A DNA stretch of 64,000 nt, from NCBI GenBank assembly GCA_963663865.1, contig OY760686.1:1568001-1632000 (forward strand). The letters run 5' to 3'. Shown in pieces: positions 32,375 to 42,157 of the stretch. The notes beneath the pieces were generated by a model, which made no database searches, had not been told where the DNA came from, and saw only the letters and a program-made list of their open reading frames with translations. Both the position numbers and the translations under genes were made by a program. How positions within the stretch are numbered: the first letter of the stretch is position 1; every line of letters starts with the position of its first letter. This DNA comes from Spirochaetota bacterium. GTDB taxonomy: Bacteria; Spirochaetota; UBA4802; UBA5550.

Positions 32375-33565
32375 TCATGTTGTATATTCAGCGTTGATTT
32401 TAACGTAATCATATGAAAAGTCGCAGGTCATAAACATTGCGTTTTCGGTACCTGCGCCAAGATCGACGAATACAGTAAACTCACGCTGTGACATTATCCC
32501 CTTGAGCTCCGAACTTTCACATTCTACCGGAGCCCCATTCCTAAATATTGTAAGAGGTCCGAATGATATTGTGAGCTTTTCCTGGTCAAAAACAGCTCCG
32601 GAGTAGCCGGCCGCGGCTGCAATACGGCCCCAGTTGGGATCCTCTCCAAAGAACGCGGTTTTTACGAGGGCCGACTGTGCAATTGACCTTGCGGCCCTGC
32701 GAGCGTCTTCCCGGGTTGCTGCTTCACGCACATGAATTCTGACAAGCTTTGTAGCTCCCTCTCCGTCTTTAACAAGCATTTCAGAAAGCCGGAGAAGAAC
32801 ATTTTCAAGTGCCGATTCAAAGTTGTCCAGAGATTCTGAGTCAGAGATAGGGGATGTGCTGACCGGACTGAGAATCAGGGCAGTGTCGTTGGTGGACATG
32901 TCGCCGTCTATTGTTATTGAATTTATAGTTTTATCAACAGCTCTGCGGAAAATTGAGTCCAGAGTCTTCCTTTCAATTGGGGCGTCGGTAATCATAAAAG
33001 CCAGCAATGTAGCCATATCAGGGGCAATCATGCCTGAGCCCTTGGCAGTACCGGCAATTACATACTCCTGTCCGCCGGCAGAGAATGATGCCGCGGCTGA
33101 CTTGGGGAATGTGTCGGTTGTCATAATGGCCTTTGAAAAGATTGCGCCCTGAGACCGGTTCAGCCCTTCAACCAGGGAGCTATGTGAAGAAAGCATTTTC
33201 TCTACCGGTAGCTGTCTGCCAATTACACCTGTAGAACACATCAAAACGCTTTTTTCTGAGAGGCCAAGTCTTCTTTCAATGTCGGAAGTGATATCAAGCG
33301 CTGCCATGTAGCCCTTTTCACCGGTGCAGGCGTTTGCAATGGTTGAGTTGACGGCTATCGCCTCAACTGGGGAATATATTCTTTCTCTGCAGAGTCTTAC
33401 CGGTGCCGCGGAGACAATGTTTTTTGTAAAAACCCCCGCTGCGTTGCAGGGACCGTCCGGTTTTATAAGAGCATAGTCAAGCCTGTCAGCATATCTGATG
33501 CCGGCTTTTATTGCTGAAAATGTGTATCCTGGAACTGTTTCCAGACCGCCCTCGATAATCCTCAT
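32375..33565 (-). CDS. argJ: Bifunctional ornithine acetyltransferase/N-acetylglutamate synthase ArgJ
   Basis: STGVIG, IMTTDT, KGSGMIAPDMAT, DGDMSTND, DPNWGRI, INAEYTT. Confidence 0.96.
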   Translation of the reverse strand: MRIIEGGLETVPGYTFSAIKAGIRYADRLDYALIKPDGPCNAAGVFTKNIVSAAPVRLCRERIYSPVEAIAVNSTIANACTGEKGYMAALDITSDIERRLGLSEKSVLMCSTGVIGRQLPVEKMLSSHSSLVEGLNRSQGAIFSKAIMTTDTFPKSAAASFSAGGQEYVIAGTAKGSGMIAPDMATLLAFMITDAPIERKTLDSIFRRAVDKTINSITIDGDMSTNDTALILSPVSTSPISDSESLDNFESALENVLLRLSEMLVKDGEGATKLVRIHVREAATREDARRAARSIAQSALVKTAFFGEDPNWGRIAAAAGYSGAVFDQEKLTISFGPLTIFRNGAPVECESSELKGIMSQREFTVFVDLGAGTENAMFMTCDFSYDYVKINAEYTT

Positions 33566-33872
33566 GCTGTTTATCCTCTTTGTTAAAGCCATATAATCAT
33601 TATTTGCGTATCACAGTCCCAAATGGGCCTCAAAAATAAAGAAAAAAATGAAATTCCGAGCACCACAATAATAAGAAAAAATATATTGAAATTTTTTCTT
33701 TTATATTTTATTATATTTGTTATTATACTGATAGCATGATTATTTCTTCATTATTCGGCGCTGAGGCGGTTCGACAGGATACGGAACCGAACGTCGTATT
33801 TTGTTTTTCTGTGTTTCGTTTTATTTTGAGTGATGGGAGAAGGTTATAGTAACCGCGGGTGAACGAATATCC

Positions 33873-34223
33873 ATGAACATTAAGACCAGCTGGCAGGGAC
33901 TCTGCTGTATATTATCCCTTGAAGGGGAGTTTGTCCATCAAAATGTAATGAAGTTTGATGAGGTTTGGGACAATGTTATCATGGGAAAACCGAGGGTCGT
34001 TGCGGTTGAGTGCAGCGGAATGAGCTATATAGACTCATCAGCTATAGGTACTCTTGTAAAGGTAGTAAACCGCTCAAGGAATGATGATTATTCAGTTGTT
34101 TTTTTAGATATTGTTGATCCAATAAAGCGTATAATCTCAGTCGCCAGGCTGGACGCACTTTTCGAAATGTACAATTCTGCCGATTTCTATAAAAAATTTT
34201 CACAGGAACTGAAAAACGAATAA
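33873..34223 (+). CDS. STAS-domain anti-sigma-factor antagonist
   Basis: YIDSSAIGTLV motif, 116 aa. Confidence 0.85.
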   Translation: MNIKTSWQGLCCILSLEGEFVHQNVMKFDEVWDNVIMGKPRVVAVECSGMSYIDSSAIGTLVKVVNRSRNDDYSVVFLDIVDPIKRIISVARLDALFEMYNSADFYKKFSQELKNE

Positions 34224-34277
34224 GCTTAAGCTAAGCGTGATTTTTAGTTTAACCTTCCGTTTGCCGAAAAAACAAGT

Positions 34278-34793
34278 ATGAAGAGGAAAACCGCTTACAT
34301 CAGTCTTTTTTTTATTTTTTGCGTTTCCTGCACTCCACCTCCAGGCTATGTGAGGCCGTCATCCACATCAATAACTGCAGGATATACGCCTTCTGCAAAT
34401 ATTGCAAAACAGGCTGATCCGGGCGGTGTGCGGAACAGGATTATTAGTACGGCGCAAAGCCTGTTGGGAACACCTTACAGGTTCGGCGGGTCAAAGCCCG
34501 GCGGTTTTGACTGCTCCGGATTTGTGTATTATGTATACGGTGAAAATGACATAAGTATTCCAAGGGCAACCTCCGAGCAGTACCTGAAAGGGCGCAGGAT
34601 ATCAAAGTCCGGGCTTAGAGCCGGTGATCTTGTTTTTTACCAGACATATCGAATGGGTATATCCCATGTTGGTATTTATGCGGGAGGCGGGAGATTCATT
34701 CATGCTCCAAGAACTGGTAAAAATGTTGAGTATACCAGGATGGACAATCCGTATTGGAAGAAAAGGTTCCGGGGGGCAGTCACTTATCTTTAA
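34278..34793 (+). CDS. NlpC/P60 (C40) peptidoglycan peptidase lipoprotein
   Basis: Lipobox VSC; LGTPYRFGG, GFDCSG, GDLVF, SHVGIY, FIHA. Confidence 0.93.
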   Translation: MKRKTAYISLFFIFCVSCTPPPGYVRPSSTSITAGYTPSANIAKQADPGGVRNRIISTAQSLLGTPYRFGGSKPGGFDCSGFVYYVYGENDISIPRATSEQYLKGRRISKSGLRAGDLVFYQTYRMGISHVGIYAGGGRFIHAPRTGKNVEYTRMDNPYWKKRFRGAVTYL

Positions 34794-34809
34794 TTTATGT
34801 AGGATTAAG

Positions 34810-35889
34810 CTATTCGAGTTTGATTATTTCGCCTTCAGGGCTGTATCCGTATATGCTTCCGTCCCTCGACACCTTTGAGCTGTACATGGCTGTATCGGCG
34901 CATTCGATGAGCTCTTCATGGTTTTTTACCCGGTTCGGGAATGGATACGTCGCGATACCTATTGAAAGGGTCAAAGAATCGTTTTCCAGCGAAGCGTTTT
35001 CTTCACCGGTTATTGATGATATTTTTACGCGGTTGATTATTTCACGAATCCTTCGAGCTACAATGAGGGCATTCGTGTGATCAGTTTCGGGGAGAAAAAG
35101 AGAAAATTCGTCACCACCGAATCTTGCTGCGATATCGTAAGGCCGAATTATGTATTTTAAGGAATCTGATTCTGTGTTGCTTATCTTGTAAAGATTTTCG
35201 TCAATGAAGGAACTGCTTATTTTTTTCAGCACCTGGTCACCCACAAGGTGGTTGAAGCGGTCATTAATACTTTTAAAATTATCACCGTCTAAAAATATGA
35301 GAGAGATATGCGACAGAAGATCTGTATCGGTGTGGAGAAGATCGCTGTCGAGCTCGTTATTTTTTCTCTTTACCCGCTCAAATTCGGACTTAAGGCGCTC
35401 TATGAAGGTAATTTTGTTGAGAAGGCCTGTCAGACCGTCAAAGCCGGTCAGTTGAAACGTAACGGCGTTTCTTACGATTGTGGCTATCGATTTTGGACTG
35501 AGGGGTTTGTTTAAAAAATAATAGGCGCCCATGTCGAGTACTGTTTCCGATAACTCAACGTCGCCTTCAAAGCCCGTTATGGCTATCACAGGAGCATTTA
35601 TTTTGAGTTCGTTTTTTAATGTATCGAGAATTTTCAGTCCGTATACAGGCGAGGGCGGCCCGCCGTTTTCTCTGGGAATGGAGAGGTCGAGAAGAATGGT
35701 GTCCCAGTAGGTCATTTGTACTTTTTCAACAGCCGCCTCGCATGATCCCGCGTGATCGATATAGTAGCGGGGATTAGAAGCTATAAGGATCTTTGTTATT
35801 GCCGAAATGACAGAGCTGTCATCATCTATCAGCAGAATACTAAAGTCCCTGATGTTCATGTACTGTTCTTTGATGAAAGCTGAGTGCAT
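34810..35889 (-). CDS. Response-regulator diguanylate cyclase (REC-GGDEF)
   Basis: REC (LIDDD, LLDLSIP, KP); DGLTGLLN; RPYD I-site and intact RFGGDEF. Confidence 0.92.
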   Translation of the reverse strand: MHSAFIKEQYMNIRDFSILLIDDDSSVISAITKILIASNPRYYIDHAGSCEAAVEKVQMTYWDTILLDLSIPRENGGPPSPVYGLKILDTLKNELKINAPVIAITGFEGDVELSETVLDMGAYYFLNKPLSPKSIATIVRNAVTFQLTGFDGLTGLLNKITFIERLKSEFERVKRKNNELDSDLLHTDTDLLSHISLIFLDGDNFKSINDRFNHLVGDQVLKKISSSFIDENLYKISNTESDSLKYIIRPYDIAARFGGDEFSLFLPETDHTNALIVARRIREIINRVKISSITGEENASLENDSLTLSIGIATYPFPNRVKNHEELIECADTAMYSSKVSRDGSIYGYSPEGEIIKLE

Positions 35890-36127
35890 TTATTGTTCCT
35901 AAAATAGTATATTTTATACTGACATGTGATAACAGTAAAGTCAAGATTTTTACAAAAATAAGCGCTTAATTGGAGTAAAGATGTTAAAGGTTGACTTGAC
36001 AAAAATACCAGTAAAAGACAATTTAAGGTCGAAATAATAAATGTTTAGAACCTGTTATAGATGTTTGATTCAGGTGTTCCTTTATCAATTTTTTAAAATA
36101 TGCTTGTTAGTAAATATAAGTCGCTAA

Positions 36128-36928
36128 TTGTCACCTTTGAGGGATTTGACTCAAATGAAAAAAACAACACCACAAAAGAAAAAAACAGCCACAAAAAGAC
36201 CGACTCCCGCCAGAAAGGAGAAAAAACAGAATATTTCATCGGGGCAGGGAGGAAACCGTGCGGCCCTGTTGCTCATAATAATGGGACTGCTGACGGTTAT
36301 TCTTCTTATGACAATTCACCACAAACCAGACAGAAAAGGTCCCGATGCTCTTACCGGACAATCCGAAATATTCAGGCCGGATCATCCTCAGGAAAAAAAT
36401 GAAAAATCTGATTCTGACGGAAAAGAGGCATCAACCGAAGAAAAAAACATCGGAAAGGCTAAGGTCATCGAAGAGAAAGGGGCTGAAGAAAACCAGAAGG
36501 GAGCTGGTAAGTTAAAATCAGTATCCTCCAGAATATACCTGTACAGGCTGAACGAAAAAACATCAAAGCTGTACATGTCTGCCGTTGGCAGAAGGGTCTC
36601 CGAGAAGGATAAACTAAAAAAAACGATGGAAGCCTTAATCAGCGGAGCGACGCCGGCTGAAAGAAAGGCGGGTTATCTTTCAGCGGTTCCTGAAAATCTC
36701 GTTGTACGAGGTTTGAGGCTGGTAGGCGGGACTCTCTACCTTGATTTTTCATCCTCAATAGAGTATGGAGCGCCCGGAAATATAATGTCTCAACGTATCG
36801 ATCAAATTGTATATACGGCCACACAGTTTCCAGAGGTTAAGGGAGTGGTAATCAGCATTGACGGAAAAAGAAAAGAAACAATAGGGAGCGACGGGCTTTC
36901 AATAAGCGGTACGCTCAGGAGGAGATAA
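36128..36928 (+). CDS. GerMN-domain membrane protein (start may be 36155)
   Basis: N-terminal TM; QIVYTATQFPEVKGVVISIDG GerMN signature. Confidence 0.85.
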   Translation: MSPLRDLTQMKKTTPQKKKTATKRPTPARKEKKQNISSGQGGNRAALLLIIMGLLTVILLMTIHHKPDRKGPDALTGQSEIFRPDHPQEKNEKSDSDGKEASTEEKNIGKAKVIEEKGAEENQKGAGKLKSVSSRIYLYRLNEKTSKLYMSAVGRRVSEKDKLKKTMEALISGATPAERKAGYLSAVPENLVVRGLRLVGGTLYLDFSSSIEYGAPGNIMSQRIDQIVYTATQFPEVKGVVISIDGKRKETIGSDGLSISGTLRRR

Positions 36929-37449
36929 TGCTCGAAGTAGAAATTAAGGCATATTGCCCTGACCAGAAAAAGGTTGCCGACGAACTGGGCAGAATGGGAG
37001 CGGCTCCCAACGGCTTCAGGGTTGAGGAGGATATTTACTTTAACCATCCTGGCAGAGACTTCGCTGTTACAGATGAGGCTCTCAGAATCAGAAAGGCCGG
37101 AGGGAAGAATTACATAACCTACAAGGGACCGAAGCTGTCAAAAAGAACTAAAACCAGGGAAGAGGTTGAGCTTAAATTCGATGATTTCAGCTCTATGGTG
37201 AAAATACTTGAATCGCTTGGATTCAACGAAAGCGGCAGGGTAAAGAAGGAGAGGTCCTTCTATATTTTTCAGGGAATAAATATTTGTATCGATAATGTTG
37301 AAGGACTTGGCTGGTTCGTCGAACTGGAGCTTCAGAGCGAAGACCGGGAGGAAGCTGAGACGCTGCTGTTTGATCTTGCTGAAAAAATCGGGCTCGAAAT
37401 GTTTGAAACGAAATCATACCTGGAAATGACGCTTGCGGGAGGTAAGTAA
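36928..37449 (+). CDS. cyaB: CYTH-family class IV adenylate cyclase
   Basis: EVEIK, DEALRIR, TYKGPK, REEVE, GLGWFVELE; start overlaps the GerMN stop. Confidence 0.85.
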   Translation: MLEVEIKAYCPDQKKVADELGRMGAAPNGFRVEEDIYFNHPGRDFAVTDEALRIRKAGGKNYITYKGPKLSKRTKTREEVELKFDDFSSMVKILESLGFNESGRVKKERSFYIFQGINICIDNVEGLGWFVELELQSEDREEAETLLFDLAEKIGLEMFETKSYLEMTLAGGK

Positions 37450-37468
37450 CACCCGCAAGCGCCGGCAT

Positions 37469-39865
37469 TTATCGCAGTTTATATCCTCTATGCTCAATAT
37501 CTGAGATGATTTTCTTCTGTATTCTCTCGATGTCTCCGTGTTCAAGGGTCCGGTCCTTTGCAGCCAGTATCAGCCTGAACGAAACGGATTTTTTCCCCTG
37601 ATCTATGCGTTCTCCGGTATAAACCGAGACAACCTCAGAAGATTTCAGATAGTCCCCCGCGCTTTTCGTAATAATTGCGTTCAGTGTGCCGGCGTATTCA
37701 TCGGCCGGACAGACTATTGAGAATTCAAGAGGGACATCCGGATACTTTTGAAGCTCGCTGAAGGCTGTATCTTTTTTAGGAAGCCTGAAAAGAAGATCAA
37801 GATCAAGGTCGAAAAGCGCGGCCCTTCCGGCAATATCGAAGTCTGAAAGGGTTTTAGGATGCAGTTCAAAAATCAGCGCCAGTCTCTCGCCGCCGGCCGT
37901 AATTTCAAGACTCCTGGCCGGGTGAGCGTAAGGAGGCAGCCCGCTGCTTACGGGAGATTCGCTGATATCTCTGATACGAAGCTTTTCGATAAGCCCCAGG
38001 ACCGATGATTTTGCATGATAGAACATGGCATTTGACGGCTTCCGGGAAAAGAATGCCCCGGTAACACGGCGCTTCTCTTCAACAAGCTGAGCTGATGTTT
38101 TGTCATCCTTAATGTAAATTCTTCCGCACTCGTAAATCGAAAAGGACTCATTGTAACGCTGGTTTGATTCTATGTTTTTTATTAGATTAGGCACAAGAGT
38201 GCGGTTGAGCCTGTCGTGTTCCTTTGTTAGCGAATTCTTAAGGCGAAGCTCAAGATCCTCATTGATGCCGAGCCTGTTAAGGATTTCCTCTCCTGTGAAA
38301 GAATATCCGCTGACTTCAATCATGCCGAGATCTCGTGAGAGGATGTTCTTAACTTCACGCTCGAAAGTCCTCTGAGGATTGTGCGGCGGTGTGACGCACG
38401 GGAATAGAGGAGCTTCAGGCATGATGTTGTCGTAACCATATATCCTGCCTATCTCTTCAACAATATCAGCGTCAATGGAAATGTCCTTTGTAGCCCTGTA
38501 ATGGGGGACGTCAATATTCAGAATCCCTTTGTTGTTCTTCACCTCAAACGAGAGAGATTCAAGAATAGAGATGATTTTTTCATCCGATATTGTTTCGCCG
38601 AGCTTGTTCCTGATCTGGTCTGTGGAAATGGATATTTGAACAGGTTTCTGTTTAACAGGATATGAATCAATAATCTGACTTGCAGGCTCAGCGCCGGGTA
38701 TAATGCTTTGAATCAGCTCGCAGCACCTTAAAAGGGCTTCTTCCGTAAGTTCAGGGGAAATTGACTTTTCAAAGCGTACAGAGGCGTCTGTTCTCAGGCC
38801 GCAGCGCTGCGCTGTCTTTCTGATGGGCACCGGATTGAAGTTCGCGGCTTCAAGTACTATGGATGAGGTGTCGTCTGAAATCTCGCTGTTTTCTCCTCCC
38901 ATTACTCCGGCAAGAGCGACAGGTCCTTCGCTGTCAGCTATTACAATGTCTTCTTTCGTGAGTGTATGTTTCTGGCCGTCAAGGGTTACGATTTCCTCGC
39001 CGCTTGCTGCGAAACGGACCTGAATGGTATTACCGCGAAGCTTTGTGATATCAAAGGCGTGCAGCGGTTCGCCAAGTTCGCCCATGACATAGTTAGTAAC
39101 ATCAACAATGTTATTGATTGGCCGCATGCCCATTGAGGTAACCGCCGCGGCAAGCCATGCCGGGGACGGGGCCACTTTGATTCCGCTCATAACAAGGGCG
39201 CTGTATCTGGGGCATGCGGTATGGTCCTGAATCTCTATTGAGGGGGCCGTATCGGATGTATCCGCAAGCGAAAGGGCGCGGTTCACCGGGTCCTTTACTG
39301 CGCGGCCGAAGAGCGCCCCAATCTCACGTGCAAAGCCCCGGTGGCTCCACAGGTCAGGCCGGTGTGTAATGGACTTGTTGTCAATTTCAAGCCTGATATC
39401 GCACCACTCAGGCATAAGCTCGCTCATGGGAACTCCAAGCGGTGTATCAGCAGGCAGTATCATTATACCGCCGCTCCCTTCGCCGATTCCCATTTCCTTT
39501 TCGGAACAGAGCATGCCGTTGGACTCTTCGCCGCGTATCTTAGCCTTTTTGATGACAAAGCCGTCGCCGAAGTCAGTGCCTGTGTCAGCGAGACAGACAA
39601 TGTCGCTGTCGCGGTGATTCGGAGCGCCGCAGACGACCTTTACCCTGTCATCGCCGTGTGTGAGTTCGACAAGCGTGAGTTTGTCGGCATCAGGGTGAGG
39701 TTTGACCGAAAGGATTTTAGCCGTCCTGATGGTTTTAAGGTGCTGATTCATGTACTCAATGGAATCAATTTCTGCCGTCGACATGGTCAGCTTCAGAGCC
39801 AGCTCGTCAGCTTTAATTCCGCTGAGGTCGACCATTTTAGAAAGTATATTGCATGAAAGCCACAT
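37469..39865 (-). CDS. pheT: Phenylalanyl-tRNA synthetase beta subunit
   Basis: HPDADKL tRNA-binding domain, ESNGMLCS, INNIVDVTNY, EEIGRIYGY, FDX-ACB C-terminus. Confidence 0.96.
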   Translation of the reverse strand: MWLSCNILSKMVDLSGIKADELALKLTMSTAEIDSIEYMNQHLKTIRTAKILSVKPHPDADKLTLVELTHGDDRVKVVCGAPNHRDSDIVCLADTGTDFGDGFVIKKAKIRGEESNGMLCSEKEMGIGEGSGGIMILPADTPLGVPMSELMPEWCDIRLEIDNKSITHRPDLWSHRGFAREIGALFGRAVKDPVNRALSLADTSDTAPSIEIQDHTACPRYSALVMSGIKVAPSPAWLAAAVTSMGMRPINNIVDVTNYVMGELGEPLHAFDITKLRGNTIQVRFAASGEEIVTLDGQKHTLTKEDIVIADSEGPVALAGVMGGENSEISDDTSSIVLEAANFNPVPIRKTAQRCGLRTDASVRFEKSISPELTEEALLRCCELIQSIIPGAEPASQIIDSYPVKQKPVQISISTDQIRNKLGETISDEKIISILESLSFEVKNNKGILNIDVPHYRATKDISIDADIVEEIGRIYGYDNIMPEAPLFPCVTPPHNPQRTFEREVKNILSRDLGMIEVSGYSFTGEEILNRLGINEDLELRLKNSLTKEHDRLNRTLVPNLIKNIESNQRYNESFSIYECGRIYIKDDKTSAQLVEEKRRVTGAFFSRKPSNAMFYHAKSSVLGLIEKLRIRDISESPVSSGLPPYAHPARSLEITAGGERLALIFELHPKTLSDFDIAGRAALFDLDLDLLFRLPKKDTAFSELQKYPDVPLEFSIVCPADEYAGTLNAIITKSAGDYLKSSEVVSVYTGERIDQGKKSVSFRLILAAKDRTLEHGDIERIQKKIISDIEHRGYKLR

Positions 39866-39886
39866 CTTTATTCTCCAGGGATAAAT

Positions 39887-40918
39887 TTAGAATTGTTTCA
39901 GGAAACGGATGTCTCCGCTCTGGAAATGTCTTATGTCATTAATTCCGTATTTCATCATTATGAGCCTGTTGAGGCCGAGTCCAAACGCGAAACCTGACCA
40001 TTTATCAGGATCAATGCCGCCCATTCTCAAAACGTTGGGATGCACCAGCCCGCATGGAAGAAGTTCGACCCATCCGCTCTGCTTGCAGACGCTGCATCCG
40101 TCTCCGCCGCAGATGAGGCAGTTGATGTCGAGCTCAAAGCCCGGTTCAACGAAGGGGAAGTATCCCGGCCGCAGCCGGACTTTGACATCTCTCTGAAAGA
40201 TTTCTCTCAGAAGTTCCTTCATTACGAAGATGAGGTTGGCGACCGAAATATTTTTGTCGACCATCATGCCTTCGACCTGGTAGAATGTGTTTTCGTGAGA
40301 CGCGTCAGTTGTCTCGTAGCGGAAGACCCTGCCGGGCCCGATGACCTTAAACGGCGGCTGCATCTTTTCCATGCCTCTTATCTGGATCGCGGATGTGTGC
40401 GTACGGAGAAGGTTGCCGTCTTCGGTCCAGAATGTGTCCTGCATGTCTCTTGCCGGGTGGTGTTTGGGGATGTTCAATGCCTCGAAGTTGTAGTGCTCCG
40501 TTTCAGCCTCAGGGCCGTCAAGAACGGAAAACCCCATGGATGTGAAGATATCCTCAATTTCGTACTGCATCTGGTAAATGGGGTGGAGGCGGCCTGTTTC
40601 GCGCCTTGAGCTTGACTGCTCGGATGTCAGCGTGACATCAATCCAGTCCCTGCTGATCTCATCGCTGATTGATGACTCCAGCAGCGATGATTTGCGTTCG
40701 TCAATGAGTGTGTCAAGTTCCTGCTTGATCTCATTGGACAGCTTCCCGATTTCTCCCCTTGTTTCAGGCGGCATGGAGCCGAGCGACCTGAGGACGGCGG
40801 TCAGCTCACCCTTACGGCCGAGCACCTTGACCCTTATTGCCTCAAGTTCATCGGAGTTTTTTGCCTGCTCAATTGACACAAGCGCTGATTGTTTTATATT
40901 GTTGAGTTCGTCTTTCAT
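39887..40918 (-). CDS. pheS: Phenylalanyl-tRNA synthetase alpha subunit
   Basis: HPARDMQDTF, LRTHTS, YFPFVEP, GFAFGLG; ATG at 40918 follows AGGGG. Confidence 0.97.
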   Translation of the reverse strand: MKDELNNIKQSALVSIEQAKNSDELEAIRVKVLGRKGELTAVLRSLGSMPPETRGEIGKLSNEIKQELDTLIDERKSSLLESSISDEISRDWIDVTLTSEQSSSRRETGRLHPIYQMQYEIEDIFTSMGFSVLDGPEAETEHYNFEALNIPKHHPARDMQDTFWTEDGNLLRTHTSAIQIRGMEKMQPPFKVIGPGRVFRYETTDASHENTFYQVEGMMVDKNISVANLIFVMKELLREIFQRDVKVRLRPGYFPFVEPGFELDINCLICGGDGCSVCKQSGWVELLPCGLVHPNVLRMGGIDPDKWSGFAFGLGLNRLIMMKYGINDIRHFQSGDIRFLKQF

Positions 40919-41041
40919 AAAATCCCCTGAAGGTTTCCGGCTGGCGGATTTACGTTGTATTCTTTCAACAATTGACACGAAAGGGGCGTAAAAAGTCAAG
41001 GTTAATAATGGATGAGTGATGTCCGAGTCCAGCCGTGAGAA

Positions 41042-41073
41042 GCATTAAACCCGCCGGAAAGCGGGTTTAATGC
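41042..41073. terminator. Perfect 13-bp hairpin at the island's left edge
   Basis: GCATTAAACCCGC-CGGAAA-GCGGGTTTAATGC, 16 bp past the lipoprotein stop. Confidence 0.75.
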
Positions 41074-41089
41074 AATGACATATAGATTG

Positions 41090-42157
41090 CTACTGATAAA
41101 CCAGACCGGCACAACTAATCTCATAGCATTCTTCACCATCACAATCTACGTCAGGCACAATCCATTGGCCGTTTTTATAATAACCTGCGCCGATAAAACG
41201 TTGAGCCGCTTCTAATACCTGAATATAACTGACACCAACTAAAATATCATCACAAACTGTTAACGAGGATATTATCGTATAAAAACTGCCCGTCTCAGTA
41301 TTATAAGGCTCACAATAATAAGTCCATTTATTGTTATGCCACAGACTCAATTCTGAATCGTCAGTTACAGCAATGTAAACGCCATCGCTGTTAACGGCAA
41401 TTTTGCCGTTGTAACCTGATGAATAAGTTTTATTTATTCGTATCCACTCCGTGTTTTTCCAATATCCTAATATGTATTCACCTTCGGACTTCTGAATATT
41501 TCCGAATGAATAGACGTCACTATTATAGACATATATTGATACAACCAACCCAGTGTATGTTTCACCATCATCAGGTAAGTCTAAAAGAACCAATTCGTCA
41601 TTAAACATGTAAGCGGGTTTGTGATTATACATGCCTCCAAGATAAACATCGTTCTCAACTACATCTAACGAACTGCAACCGAAGGATGGAATTGGAGAAT
41701 AGACGGTTTTGTTAAATAAATAATGACCAGTTCCACCGTTAATTGTTCCGTAAATATTGTCATTGTCGGCAGCTATCTCAGTTACCTGGCCATAGTATGG
41801 ACCTGCTTCAAAAGGATTCCATTCCCCATTTACCCAGTATCCAGGGACATAACCTTTCAGAGAGACATCGTAACAACCTCCCCCAATGTACAGGTTTGGT
41901 CCATCTATTGCCACACATTCAACTACGATTGGGTTTTCCGTCCCAGAATTTTCCACAGGCGTAAAGATCCCATCATGACACCATCCTGCATAATAGATTC
42001 CGTCATTGTACATTCCAAATACAGAATATAGTCCGGAAAGAGGTTCAGGCTTCAACGGAGTTTCTTCTTCTAAATCTGCTTTCGAAGAAGTGTTGTCGCA
42101 GGAAATAGCAATAATTGATATAACAGCGATGAACAATAATTTTAACATGTATTTCAT
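41090..42157 (-). CDS. Lipoprotein with repeated GY(W/Y)xNxxW units (probable beta-propeller), paralogue A
   Basis: IIAISC lipobox; repeats GWCHDG, GYWVNGEW, GYWKNTEW, GYYKNGQW. Confidence 0.8.
   Translation of the reverse strand: MKYMLKLLFIAVISIIAISCDNTSSKADLEEETPLKPEPLSGLYSVFGMYNDGIYYAGWCHDGIFTPVENSGTENPIVVECVAIDGPNLYIGGGCYDVSLKGYVPGYWVNGEWNPFEAGPYYGQVTEIAADNDNIYGTINGGTGHYLFNKTVYSPIPSFGCSSLDVVENDVYLGGMYNHKPAYMFNDELVLLDLPDDGETYTGLVVSIYVYNSDVYSFGNIQKSEGEYILGYWKNTEWIRINKTYSSGYNGKIAVNSDGVYIAVTDDSELSLWHNNKWTYYCEPYNTETGSFYTIISSLTVCDDILVGVSYIQVLEAAQRFIGAGYYKNGQWIVPDVDCDGEECYEISCAGLVYQ

Noticed and set aside
33755-33800. GGTTCGA resembling a tRNA T-loop
   Set aside because: No cloverleaf can be built; it is a simple CGGTTC/GAACCG hairpin.
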